Assembly: GCA_046563655.1 (NCBI GenBank) | Contig: CM102284.1 | Location: 4,712,001-4,776,000 of the forward strand | Length of the DNA stretch: 64,000 nt | Origin: Yuukianura sp. NJ FZ-2021 | Lineage: Eukaryota | Direction: 5' to 3' | Part shown: piece after piece, positions 1-12,238 of the stretch | How the letters are laid out: the number at the start of each line of letters is the position of its first letter | Position numbering within the stretch: position 1 is the first letter of the stretch | Translations under genes and position numbers: made by a program | Notes under the pieces: generated by a model | The model's input: the letters and a program-made list of their open reading frames with translations, nothing else | What the model was told of the DNA's origin: nothing | Databases searched by the model: none

Positions 1-23
1 TGACTGTCTGCAATTGCAATTAA
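1..23 (+). CDS. 3' end of a probable upstream paralog of the Cys-rich secreted peptide gene (partial)
   Basis: Bases 3-23 read ACT GTC TGC AAT TGC AAT TAA = TVCNCN*, matching TYCNCN near the C-terminus of the 908-1448 gene. Only 6 codons plus the stop are visible. Confidence 0.5.
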
Positions 24-822
24 AGTTTACTTTGACTTTATGTAAGTTAAATAGTTGTATGCAGTAAGTCTCTGGTACAATTTCCAAAAGAAAATTGGTT
101 TGTCCAAAGCAGGGTTTAGTTTATTAAAAAACTGTTTAAATCAGTTTTTTTCATTCTTCAAAAATTCATTTTTCTCAAAAATTGCCAAGATATTTTCTTT
201 TAAAAATGATTGAAAACGCGTTGTCGATTAATTCAAAAGAAGTGAAAAGGCAAGGTGGTAATTGAAGTTTCAAGATTTCAAAATGAATTCATTAATTCTA
301 GGGTTTATGTTAGCTTAAGTAAATAATTCAAGATCTAGATTGATCCGGTTCGTCACTAAATTCCAAAAGCGTGTTTTTTTAATTTAAGCTTAACAACATA
401 CTTCTTAGCCTAGTCTATTCCAACCGTGCATGAAATTTCTAGACTTCCATCGTAGCCTGTGTGAAGTTCTAACGTAGAAACACATTTTTAAATTAAATTT
501 TGTCTAAACAAGAAAGTTCATTCACTTTGCATACATAATTTTCAGTTTTAATAAGCCTATTCTTATTCGTGGAACAATTTTGACCTCTTGACCCCTGCCC
601 CAACTAATGTTCGTTTTTAGAAATTCGCAAATTCACTTTCCACTCCCTGCCTTTCTACACACACAAAAGTCCACAAATTTGTGCGTCCTTTAGCGCATAA
701 ACAAAATTAAGATGATGCCTATGCACAAGAATTACTTTAGTGTATAAACAAAATTAAGCCTGTTTTTGATGCACGATCATAACTTTTTTGCATAAGCAGA
801 TTTTTCTTAAACAACTATTGCC

Positions 823-830
823 TATAAATA
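823..830 (+). promoter_or_regulatory. TATA box of the Cys-rich peptide gene
   Basis: TATAAATA at 823-830, an Inr-like GCAGTT at 860-865, and the ATG at 908. Confidence 0.5.
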
Positions 831-907
831 TCAGAACTTTCATGAAGATTGTTACAGACGCAGTTGAATTTGGTCATTTTGTCCAAAATAATTTGCACCC
901 TCGTAAG

Positions 908-1448
908 ATGAAGCTTATCGTTTCGTTTGTTTTTGGAGCTCTGCTTTGCCAAAATGCTCCAGTTGAAGCCCAATTATTAGGTAAACTAAAAACTAAAACA
1001 AAATTTTAAATTAACTAGTTCTAGATTAAGTATTTATAACTTACTGAAAATTAATTTCGTTCTTAAATACCAACTTGACTGATCACTTTTGCCTTGATCA
1101 GGGCTGGGGAATGGGCTGACCTGTCTGCTGAACCAATGCGGTCCAGCGGACGGTGTCTTTACCATTTATTGCAACGAGGCCTGCGTACTACAGAAATTTG
1201 ACTCCGGTACATGTACTTCGACAGCAGTTGATGGCGCATCAAGTCCAAACGCAGCACAGTGTCAGTGTAACGGGAAGGGTGGAATTTCTGCGCTGAACAC
1301 GATACCCATCGTATGTAGCGTCGCATGTCCTTCCGCCTGTGCCACTTGTGGGAATCCACTGCTGGCATCCGCTTGCGGAAATAGCGACGCCACTGGATTG
1401 ACCTACTGCAATTGCAACGCAACTAAAAGTTATCTTGAACTCTACTAG
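908..1448 (+). CDS. Secreted Cys-rich peptide with two tandem CSab/defensin-like modules, 139 aa
   Basis: Exons 908-980 (signal peptide MKLIVSFVFGALLCQNAPVEAQLL) and 1102-1448, joined by a phase-1 GT-AG intron and open to TAG. The mature part has 14 Cys: CNEAC...SGTC...CQC and CPSAC...C...CNC. Confidence 0.8.
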
Positions 1449-2204
1449 AGAAAGCTGTAGGCGATTTGTTCAAACAAAATTTAACAAAAACAAGTTTTTC
1501 TGAAATAAAAAACATTGGGTTTTTCAATAAATTGGTTAATACCGATTCTAAAAACACGCCTTATGGCTTTTGTGACTTCAAAAAGTTCGTTTGTGTTTGC
1601 TCGTTTGGTTCGTGCCATTAGTAGATCAGAAAATTTTTAAGAAAACCCTATTCCAGCGTACCTATTTTAATTTTGTGCTTACCTAATTTCTGCTGACTTA
1701 ATTTTTCTGATCTAATGGCTTGCCTCAAATTGTGGAATGGTTTGTTTTCTCGGTTTTTTCTAGAAAATTTTCACAAGTATTTTCTTAACAAATGACCTGC
1801 AGCAAAAGAATTTAACAGAAACCAAATTATGTTTTTCGTGACGGTCTTGTCCTCCTTCGCTATTAGAAAAAAAAATCTAAAAAGAGAAAGCAGCCAACCG
1901 CATCATCCAGAGATTCCGCGCAACGCGGACAAACAGTTTCAGTGCTGCTGGTTTCAAAAATTTTGTCACAAAGCACACCGTTTTGGTAAACACATTTTAA
2001 ATCCAGCGTCTCAGGCTGAACGAAGCATTTTCAAACTGTGTTCCATCACACACTTCTTCAAGCCAGTCTTAAATCATTTTTAAAACAACTTGAAAACGCT
2101 TGGTTTAACTGAAATTAGTTTCACTTTCCTAGTCTTGTGTCGTAATTCATTGATTGTTTTAAATCTTGTTCAAAGGGTCAAAGTTCAACTAAAATCGAGA
2201 AGAA

Positions 2205-5200
2205 ATGCTGCTCACTCTCGTTTTAACCTTGTCGCTCACACTAACTGCAATTCCATCTGTTAGCATGCTGGAGCCAGGTAACTTTAACTTTTCAAAATCC
2301 AATAGCAAAGTTTTTTTTTCTTCTAAATTTGAGCTTATTTCATAAACTTGTGGCCTGGGTTAAGAAATTTGAAAATAGAAAACTGCTTTCTCCAGTAGCA
2401 GAAGTGAGAGATGATGAGTTATGGGGAAGCAGGTTAACTGCCCCAAGGGACCTCAGACCATCCCCGTATTGGATCATATTCTGAACATGAAAAAGCTTTT
2501 CCCAACAACCCTGTGATGACAAAAAGTTTTTAGCAGGAAAATATTCCAGGGAATTCTGGACTTTCTCCAGAACACACTCTTGTCACGTCTCATAAACTTC
2601 ATCGGTAGTTTCAAGCATCTTGTCGCCTCAGAGAGGTAGCAGTCCCGTTTTCGCATTATTTTTCATCAACTTAACTTTATATTCAAGGATGCACAAAATT
2701 GTTAAGTAATTGGTTTGCGGGGAAAGTGTTTTAAAAAGAACTGAGCACGGTTGAGTAGTTTTTGCTTGAAAATTCTGAAATAACTAAAAATTGTAGTGCA
2801 CAGGAAAAGGAAAGTCCTGAAGCAAACTTTTCTGAAACAATTTCTTTGATGTTTGATTTCAAGGGGAAAATTCGGAAAATTTAAGCGTTCCAATGTTTCA
2901 GAATTTTACGATCTTGGAAGAATTTTTGTAGGTTTGAGTTATATGTTTTATGTATATTATGTTTACATTATGTTTTATGTACGTTATATTTTATGTACGT
3001 TTATGTTTTGTAGGGTGTTCCAAGCCATTAGGTTTGATGACTGGAGCAATCGAAGACTGGCAGCTTTCCGCCAGTTCAGTAAAGCCGGACGACCCAAGCT
3101 GTCAAATCAAATATGCCAGACTCCATCAACCTGGCGCACAAGCCTGGTGTGCTGATACAACCGAATCAGTTGACACCCATCACTGGTTGCTAGTTGACCT
3201 CGGCGTGACCTCTGAGGTCAGTGGACTCTTGATTCAAGGAAGAGCAGACGCATCCGAGTGGGTTACACTTTTCAATTTGGCCTTCAGTCAAGACGCTTTC
3301 AAGTGGTCCTTTGTCAATGACATTTTTGATCAAAAAATGGTAATTTTTGTTCAAAAACAAAAAAGAACCAACATTTTAACTTTGTTTTTTAAACTAAAGA
3401 ATCAGCTTCTTAGTATTCCTGAATCGTTCAAAATTCCACTTTTAGAAACAATTTGTAGCAGCGTGGCTTTATTTGAATTTTTGATTTTTAAAACTCTTGT
3501 GTTCTGTTTTCGTAAAAAGATTTTTCAGGGCAACAGAGATTCACATCATGTCAAAACAGTGTGGTTTGACAGTACAATCAAAGCACGCTTTGTACGTGTC
3601 CATGTTCTGGAATGGCATCGACATCCAAGTCTCCGTCTAGAAGTCATCGGTTGTCAAGGTAAGCGACATTGTCGTCGTCAGCGGCGACATTTTACTTTGC
3701 TCCTTACGTTATTGTTGCGGCTCCAAGCCAACTGAACTAACGATGTCGATTGAACTGTAGAAATTTTTTTGGAGCAGTTATTTCTCGCAAACACTCCGAA
3801 ACGCTTTTGTTTTTAATGAAAACCCAAATTTTGGAATCCATTTTCAAACATTTTTTCATGTTTTACGATGTTGGCTTTCTCCAGCTGTCTGCTTTCACCT
3901 CGGAGACTTTCTTTTGTCACTTTCTTAATCTGCAGAAAGAACTAAAAGTCAAAGCCCATTGTTTTCACTGAAAGCTGTCAGCATAGCTTCTTACGTCGTT
4001 CCAACCCTAATCTTCCCTTTTTTGTAAGCTTGAGCTTATGGACTTAAACTTTGAGCTAAATAAGCATCTTCCAGGAATTTACTTTCTCCTTCTTTAGTAT
4101 TCAATGTGGAAGAGCAAGTTTAAATCTGGGAAAAGTTTGGGAAGCTTTTTGGTCCTGCTGCAGTTTCCCAGAAGAAAGTTACAGTGAAAGCTTAACCGCA
4201 GAAAGAATTAGAAATAAATTCAATTTCGAATTTGATCTCCCTTTTTGCGAAATCCGAAACTCCGGAAGTTGCGAAACTCAGGGTTTTTGAAATTTCAGTT
4301 TCATCGTTTCGACTCGTTAAACTTTGGTTGATGATGAAATATTTTTTGATTGAATTTCCGTGCAGACTGTGCTTCGGTGATCACTGGGCCTGGAATTGGT
4401 TCTGGCCTGACCGCCTCCAGCTACGGATCCTGGATACGCAAAAGCTCTTGTCAACCGGAAGACGCTCACATTGATAGTCACAGAGCTTGGTGTTCTAAGC
4501 ATAGCAATGGTAACTTTGAAGTCCAGCAGGTCAAGGTTTCATGACCTTTGACCCTGTGTTAATTTTCTGTTTTGTAGGTGAGCAATGGCTGGAATTTGAA
4601 CTTGGACCGCCAAAAATTGTTACTGGAATTGTCACTCGTGGTAGAGGGGACACTGGACGACGACAGTGGGTCACTTCTTACCAGTTGTCGTACAGTAACG
4701 ACTCGACGTTGTGGTACTTTTACAAGGAAGCGAACCATCTTAATGCAAAGGTCAGCAGAGGTCAACGTCAAATTTCGAAAAATATTTTCAAAAAACTTGG
4801 AAATTTTAAATTTAACGCAGATTTTTGGAGGTAACATGGACAAGTCTACTGAAAGACGACATTACTTCAACTCCCCGTTTGTGGCTCGATACGTTCGGAT
4901 CCATCCAGTTAGCTGGGAAAATTCAATTTCCATGCGAGCAGCACTTCTCGGATGTCCAACATTCGCATGTCCACCAAATTTTTTCAGAATGAATCCCGCA
5001 ACACCTTGTAGTAAGAATGTAACACTAAATTTTTTAGAAAAAATTTTGCGAACGAAATTTGTGGAACAGGAGCAGAGCAAGTTTTTTGAAGGAAATCTTT
5101 GAAATAAATTTGTGCACGTTTTGCTAACTTTTAGTTGAAAATTTGGCATGGAAAGGAGAAATTTGGTCCAACGACAAAAAACACTTTTGGAAGGACTGGA

Positions 5201-5721
5201 AAAGTGGACATGCTGCTTTCGCTGTTGATGGAGACGACAGTACTGTTCTGTCTAGTTGCGCTGTTTTAGACAACTATTACACAGAATCGCCTATTTGGAT
5301 GGTAGACTTGGGACGGAAAAAAGAAATCTCTGGAGTCATTATCATTACTTGGCAAGGGGATGGCCAAGGTAATTCAAACCAAAAGTCAATTCAGTTTTAT
5401 GTTGACCTTTGACCGCTAATAGCCGCTTACTTTATGGCAGACAAAGTCACAAGTTACAGAGACTATACTTTGAACATTGAGCGACTCACGGTCCGCTTAA
5501 GCAATAAACCAAGACTGGATGCAGTTGAGCTAAGTGCTCAACCCAAATGTGGATCCATTTCACGCGGAAGTAATGCCCTGTTTCATCCGCGTCTGCGCAT
5601 TGACTGTGCCCAGCATGCTACAACCGGACGATACTTGTACGTCCAAGCCACTCCAGTGCCAAATCGGATCGACCGCATTTTCAGTTTTGTCCTATGTGAA
5701 GTCATCGTTTTCAAAATTTAG
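2205..5721 (+). CDS. Secreted protein with two F5/8 type C (discoidin) domains and a C-terminal fucolectin/FTP-like domain, 519 aa
   Basis: Phase-consistent exons 2205-2277 (signal peptide MLLTLVLTLSLTLTAIPS), 3014-3339, 3520-3658, 4366-4509, 4578-4750, 4821-5010, 5135-5368, 5441-5721. Motifs: CSKPLGL..IEDWQLSASS, WLLVDLG, ARFVRVH..LRLEVIGC, AAFAVDGD..WMVDLG..LCEVIVF. Confidence 0.85.
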
Positions 5722-5967
5722 TTTCAATTTTATCCAAATTTCAACCAAGTTTCCAAAAAAAAAGGTTTTGGGTGTTCATAATTTCCAGAAATGGTCAATT
5801 TCACAAGCTTTTAACTTTTAATCCTGTTCATAATTGGCTGTATTAGGATGAAGAAATTGTTAAAGTAGTTAACTGTGCTCAATTAATTTTCATTAATTGA
5901 CAAAAATTAGGTAAGAGAAAGAAATTAGTGAAGTGTGTGTGTCGAATGTTGTTAAAGTGAAAAGTGT

Positions 5968-8900
5968 TTAGACGCAGTTCTTAATGGCGCAATTGTCTTC
6001 GCCAACGCAAATGTCGCAGGCAGACAAGTTCGGTGCATCGTAAAATTCTCTTGCTCGGAGTGTGGTGTCGTAGTAGTCGAATACTTGAACGTAGGCTTTG
6101 GCTGGATTGGCTACTTTAAACTCCCGAGTGGCCACGAGCGTGACACAAGTTGGTGTTCGGTCAAAGTCGTTAAAATAAAGATTCACTTGTGAGTTGTCTT
6201 CTTCAGGTTCATAACGCATGAGGTTGTGGAGAGTGTTTTTTAAAGTTTGAAGTTCGTCAAGGTCAAAGTTGTATCCAGAAGGAAGGTTGACCTCCAGAAC
6301 AGCCATGTTAGATTTCTTGCTCTTCGGGTATGTAAAGGCGGTGCAAATGTCTAATTTCAGCAGATTGCCTTCTTCGTGTTTCTAAAAAAAATAGATGTTT
6401 GAAAATCCGAAATTTCGAAATTTTATTTCAACAAAACGTTAAACTTACGGTGACTTTAAGGTCGAATGCTGGAGGAGTAACATCATTTTCTTCCACGTAA
6501 TATGAGGCAATAAGTTGAGCCAATGCAGTTCCAGTTCCCTCTGCTGTCAGCGCCACCTCTCGGACATTTTCAGGCAAAGCAGATTCTTGCAAAACAATTT
6601 GATTCTGCTTGTTGACTTCAAATTTCTCCGCCCCGCCTTCATATTCAACCGTGACCTTCATGTCAGGTGACCCCGCTGTGGTGGCCATTGCAAATTTGGC
6701 AAGCGCCGTGAGTCCCACGACCGTATCTTGTGTGGAGATGAATCCACCAGATTCACTACGTTGCGTAATCAGCCATTTTCCAACTTCCAATGCCTTGTCC
6801 AGGTTACCCTCTTTGAGATAAACCAAAAGAGCATAGGCTGTCATCTCTACCGAAACTGGCTTGATTCTTGGCACCCATGGCAACTTGATCTCTTGCACGA
6901 CAGTTCCATTAGACGTAGAATTCTGTTTTGGCAGTTCAACTTTCTTGGGTTCCCAGAAAGTGAGACCACCGTCTCGTTTGGCAAGTTTTTCCAAAACCTG
7001 TTTGAAAACGGGCAGGTTGGGGTGGTTAGCCGTTTGGAGAGCGAAGGTCACGATGGCAGCGGCGTAGGGGTCATCGAAGTTGGCCTCGGGCGTTTTGGAG
7101 ATAAACTGAAGCGCTTTGTCCTTGACTACAGTGATGTTCGTAATAGCGTCAATCGCTGAAAAACTTTCAAGAAGCGACAAAGTCACGTAGGCTGACAGTG
7201 ACAAGCTCTCGACTGCTCCTCCTTTTAGTTCCTTCTGTAGAACGTTTCCATGCTCGACAAAACTGCCGTCACTTTGTTGTTTTGACGCAAGAAAGTTAAT
7301 TGCTTCAACTAAAATTCGATCTTCAATGGTAATGTATGGTTTGGCTGCGACAAAACTTCGTAGTACGAAGGCCGTTAGCCAAGTAGATCCAACGGCATCA
7401 GTTTGTCCAAAAGCTGAAAATGATCCATCGTGATGCTTGTAAGAAAGTTGACGCTGATAGCCTGCTTCAAGGAATCGGACAGCTTTGGACTTGATTTGCG
7501 CCGTAAGAGTTCCAGAAGCTTCTAAATACTGCAGAATGACCACATCCGGTACAAAGTAGACCATGTTTTGTTCGCCACAGCCCGTCGGCATTTTCAAAAG
7601 TTTGTCCAAATTTGAAATTGTTGTTCCAAGTAAGTCTGAAATGATGGAAAACTTGACCTTGTCGGCTCCTTCGACTCTCTTTGGGGGCAATTCAACCTTG
7701 AGGTCATGCTTCCAGGACTTTTCAGATCTAAGGTCAACAAGAACGCTTTGAGTTAAAGTTTGTTTTTGACCTGGAGGTTTGACAATCAGTGGCCTTGAAA
7801 TGGCATCGCCAGCTTGGGCACTTCCGGCGTTTGTAGTGACTCCCTTGATGTCAAGACTTTGCGTACCGAATTTGATTGGTTTGACAACGAATTTGACAGA
7901 CTGAACTTGGTTTGGTCCAATGGTGACAGATTTGGTTGATTTCGGAGCTGCTTTGTTCTCTTCCTCTTGAAACTCAAATCCATTGCCAGTATTTTGGACA
8001 GTAATGTCTGCGGTGACTTCAGTGTCAATGTAGTTGTGTACTAGGACTTGCAGAGCGAAGATTTCTCCTTTGACGACTGAATATGGAATGTTGAGGCTCA
8101 AGAAAAATGGTCGGAATGTTTTCAGTACTACTGGTGCTGGAGCGACGCCGATTCCAGAAGCTGGACTCAGAGCGTAGCCACTGATGAACCAAGATGTGAT
8201 TGTGTCTGGAATGATTTTATCTACAGTAGATACTGAGCTGTTGGCTTGAAGTTCTTCCCAGAGCCAAGTTTCTGGAAACTCTTTGCGGATGCGCACTTCG
8301 GGTGCAACGGAACCGCCAGAATAGTCGGCGCTGATTCTGTTCGACTGAGTTGAAGTGAGTTGGCCAACCTTCAGATTTTGACCAGGAGGAGGCGGTCCGG
8401 GCCTGCCCGCGGCTGACGACAGTGGCATTGATTCTGACAGAAACGCTTGTGGTGGATAGTGATAGCGAATCGGGATGTCCAGTAGTCCATTGGTCAGCAC
8501 GACGATGCCGGATTCGTCAAAGGCTTGGTAAGACTGTGACCCACCCCAGAGTCTATGCTGGTCAACTTCACGCTGGTAGGACTGGATTTCATCGTCAATT
8601 GTCTTTAAAGTAATGTCTTTGTCTTCCTTCAGCAGCAACACTGATTGGTCAACTCCACGAAGTGCAATGAGCGAATCAGCTTCCGTTGTGAGCGAAATTT
8701 GTAAAGGAGCTCCAGGCTCTCCAACGTCCTTGGACAACGAAATGTTCAAACTATTTTCCAAAACGGACTTGGAGTGAAGCTTGACATGCTCAGCTACGAT
8801 TTCTTTCGTGTCGGCAACGACTGTGTACACAACGACCTTGGCTTCTGGAGCTGCATCTCGAGGCACTTGGATTTGGAAACTGGTTTCTTTTTTGGGTGGA

Positions 8901-10399
8901 TTAACATCAATTCGACCATTGTCTAAGATTTTACCTCTGCCAAACAAGACGTAGTTGACAGCTTCAATGTTCCTGTTCATCACGACGCTCACGTCGGCCT
9001 TGGATCCAACTTCTACGGTCTTTGACCCCAAGGTCAAGTCCATGTAGATCTTCGTTGGCGTGGTGAGTTTGGATGGGGGGTAGGCCAAATAAGTGTAATC
9101 TTTGTACGTTACTTTCAAATTGTTGGACGAAATGAGCTCATTCGTTGGTGTAACGATTTTGAAGGTGACAATTCCATTGGATGGAATTGGGTAGTACAGG
9201 GTAGAGTCTTCAGCGTTACAGACAAAGCCATGTTCGATCTTGAGTGCCCGCTCGTTGTCATCGTGAATTGGAATGTCATCTTGGGTCGTGACCTTGAACT
9301 TCAACTCAAGTGGAAATCCAGGCTTGTAGTTCCTAGGCATCTCAATCGTTTGGATTTTGTACGGATACTGATGAACTTTGATAATGCTGGATCCATTTTG
9401 TTGTTTGCCCGTCAAAGTGTCAGTGACGGTAGCCAGAATCTGGAATTGCTTTTCATACGTCAATGGTTTTTGGTTCAGCTCCGAAGCAATGTCAAATTCA
9501 AAAAAAGTTGACCCCGTGATGTTATTTTTCTTGAGAACGACTGGTGGTGGTGGGCCCCAGTGATACCGGGAGTACTCGGACAGTCGAACTTCAACATCTC
9601 CGACAATGGGTTTTCCATAGGTGTATTTAGCCTTAACTTCTGCCGTAAATTTAGATGAGTTGTAGGTCACAAATGGTGGAATCTTGACCTCGACGTGAAA
9701 TTTCGGTAAAACGTATTGGTCAACAGCAAATGAGTGATGGACAGTCTGGCCGTTTGAGGAAGCTTCGATTCTCCAGTCTCCGAGATTCGGTTCAGCCGAA
9801 AGTGGAATCTTGGCTGAATAGATTCCTTTGTTCAGTGTTTGATTCGGTAGAAACTTGATGATGTTCCGTTGTGGATCGGTTATGGTGATACTGACCGATT
9901 GGTTGTTCAGAGGACGCAACTTGTTGCAAAACATGACCACACGATAGTTGACTGTTTCGCTAGGCTTGTAGATGACCTTGTCTGTTTGAACAAGGAGAGA
10001 CTCATGTTTCGTTTTCTTGAAAATGGTCGAAGATGATTCAAATCCTGCCTCGGCTTGACTTGAGCCCTCCGGGTATCCGCGTAGAGTCACATGATATGAA
10101 TGCTGCGGCAATTCTTTGGTAAGTACTTCAATGTCCGCAGATTTCCCTGGAGCAATGGTGACCGGTTCAGAATCGTAGTGTACCCGAGTGTGGTTTTCGG
10201 CAGATTCGGTTGAGTTGATGGTCAGAGTGAAGATGTGGTTTTTGGTGGCCGTGGGTTCGAGCGTAACATGGGCGACATACTTGGAATTTTCTTTAACAAG
10301 TTTAGAAGAGACGGAGGTGAAAGTGTTGGGTGAAATGGCTGAAGAGACGCTGAGGCCAAGGAGGCTAAAGGTCAAGAGGGTGCTGAAGACCCTAAGCAT
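5968..10399 (-). CDS. TEP: Thioester-containing protein (iTEP/CD109/alpha-2-macroglobulin family), about 1454 aa
   Basis: Signal peptide; QTDKVIYKP, YVLPKF and FPETWLW motifs; thioester GCGEQ at 7568-7582; GGFISTQDT; SNMAVLEVNLPSG; Cys-rich C-terminus. Exons 10399-6449 and 6381-5968, with one 67-nt intron. Confidence 0.95.
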
Positions 10400-11365
10400 T
10401 GTAGAAAGTATCTTGAAAGTGCCAAGTATCCTGAAACAAGTTTAGGAACTTGTCTGCCCAAAAGCCGGAGAAGTACTGACTGGAAAGACTGGAAATTTCT
10501 GCAAATATAAGGACGAGATTAACAATGGAAAAAAATCTGAAGCAATTTAAGTCTTGGAAGAGTGAGTAATCGCCTTGTTAGTGAGAATCTGCCAAGATTG
10601 ATGTCATTAAGAAAGTCCTGTTGACGCTCGTTCGATCCTTGTTTTGACAAAAATGAACTTTGACCTTGAATTAAATCAAGAAGATAAGTAGCTTTGTCTC
10701 TACTTTTGCAACCTTAAAAGTAGAAAGTTCGCTTCAAATGACATTGAATTCGTAAAAATAAAACCAGTTTCTAATTTGCAAATTTTATTATTGTCGAAAA
10801 CATGACCTTTCCTTGACCTTCTCTTTCTTCACTTAGAAACCAAGTGTGAATTCTAGCAAATTCGTGTAGATTTTGGTAATCTGGGAGAGTTCTAAAATTC
10901 ACAACGCGGATTATGGCGTGTAGGCAAATATCTGTGAAGAAATTGTCCATCAAATCAAATCTCTCATGAAAAAATCTAATGTTTGCAGAAGGGACCGAAA
11001 ATGACAAAACGTTGAAGGGAATCAATTGAAATTAACAATAATTTTATCAACTACGGTAAATGAATCGCCAAAAAAAATTGCGCAAAGAATTGCAAAAGTT
11101 TTGGGGAAAACCATATTCGCGAATTTGGAATTTCCAGAAACATTTCCCATCACGCTCCCCTATACTCCATCTATCAACATGTGCGAAATCAGCTGTTGAT
11201 TCAAATTCAAAATTCTTGGAATCTCAATTGTTTGTTTTGATTTTCATTATTTCATTCAAAGCAACTTTACCGTTAGTAAACAACTGAATGAATTACTAAT
11301 TGTGAAACACCGATTAACATTTACGAGGGAAAAGAGATTTGAGACGGAATTCCGGAATTCACGAA

Positions 11366-11946
11366 ATGAGTCAGCTGATTAGTGCTACAAGAATGGCCAC
11401 CACGGTAAAAGACCCGTTTTTTTAATTTAAATTTCGCTAATTAACGCTGAATGGAGAAAGATGAACCTAACGGTTCTGCAATTAGACAATATGATTTACG
11501 ATTACTTTTGTTTCTGGATGACTTGTAACTTTTTTCTACTTTTGTAAATAGCGTTTACCAGCGCTGATGAGTCGTCCTGCAATTTCTCCAGCAGTGTTGT
11601 CCTGTTCAATGTCTTCAAAGGCCGGTTCAAGCCAAGGAAAGAAGTCAGGGTCAACGTCCAGTACTCAGACGTCAGACAAAGTTGATCCTCCACCATTCGT
11701 TTTCAAAGCAACCAATACCAAAGGTTGGATTCAAACGTTAAGAAATCATACTTTCGTACTGTACTTTCACTCTCTTCAGTTTTCTTTAATTTATCACCGT
11801 TGTTCTTAGATGTTGGTCCAGGAGCTGGAAAGGAGAAGGATTACAAGAACCCAGAATACTTTTCCTATCACAAGATGAGTTTCGCGGACATGGACATCGT
11901 TATGGAGAAATTTCGACTACAGCAACCCTCCAGCGTCAAAAAGTAG
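11366..11946 (+). CDS. NDUFV3: NADH dehydrogenase flavoprotein 3-like (complex I 10 kDa subunit), 115 aa
   Basis: Exons 11366-11404, 11552-11723, 11810-11946. Basic Ser-rich presequence; C-terminal YKNPEYFSYHKMSFADMDIVMEKFRLQQPSS matches the NDUFV3 motif. Confidence 0.85.
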
Positions 11947-12238
11947 TTACGCCTTAAGTACTAGTCATCTCACACGAGTTTCCGCATCGTTAGGTCAACA
12001 AACAGCCAACAGAGAAGCTCATCCTGCTCTAGACATGCAAACATGCAATTGTGTGAATCAGTAACTGAACGATTAAATTCTAATAGGCATCTTTCTACCT
12101 AATCCAGCCTGAATTTCAACAATACATGTGATGTAATAGTTTATTCTCCTTTGTGTAGATGAAATTGTACAAGTTCTCAAATTCCGTACATGGAAATGTT
12201 AGACTTTATGGGTGAATGACATTTGAAATGGTGAAATT

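Noticed and set aside
2940..3010. TATGT-rich low-complexity run and the 5' extension of ORF 2950-3735
   Set aside because: Intronic simple repeat; the coding exon starts at 3014.
6609..10445. Several plus-strand ORFs inside the TEP gene
   Set aside because: Antisense shadows of a long coding exon, with no independent motifs.
11347..11360. 14-bp palindrome GAATTCCGGAATTC before the NDUFV3 ATG
   Set aside because: Short and isolated; no function can be supported.
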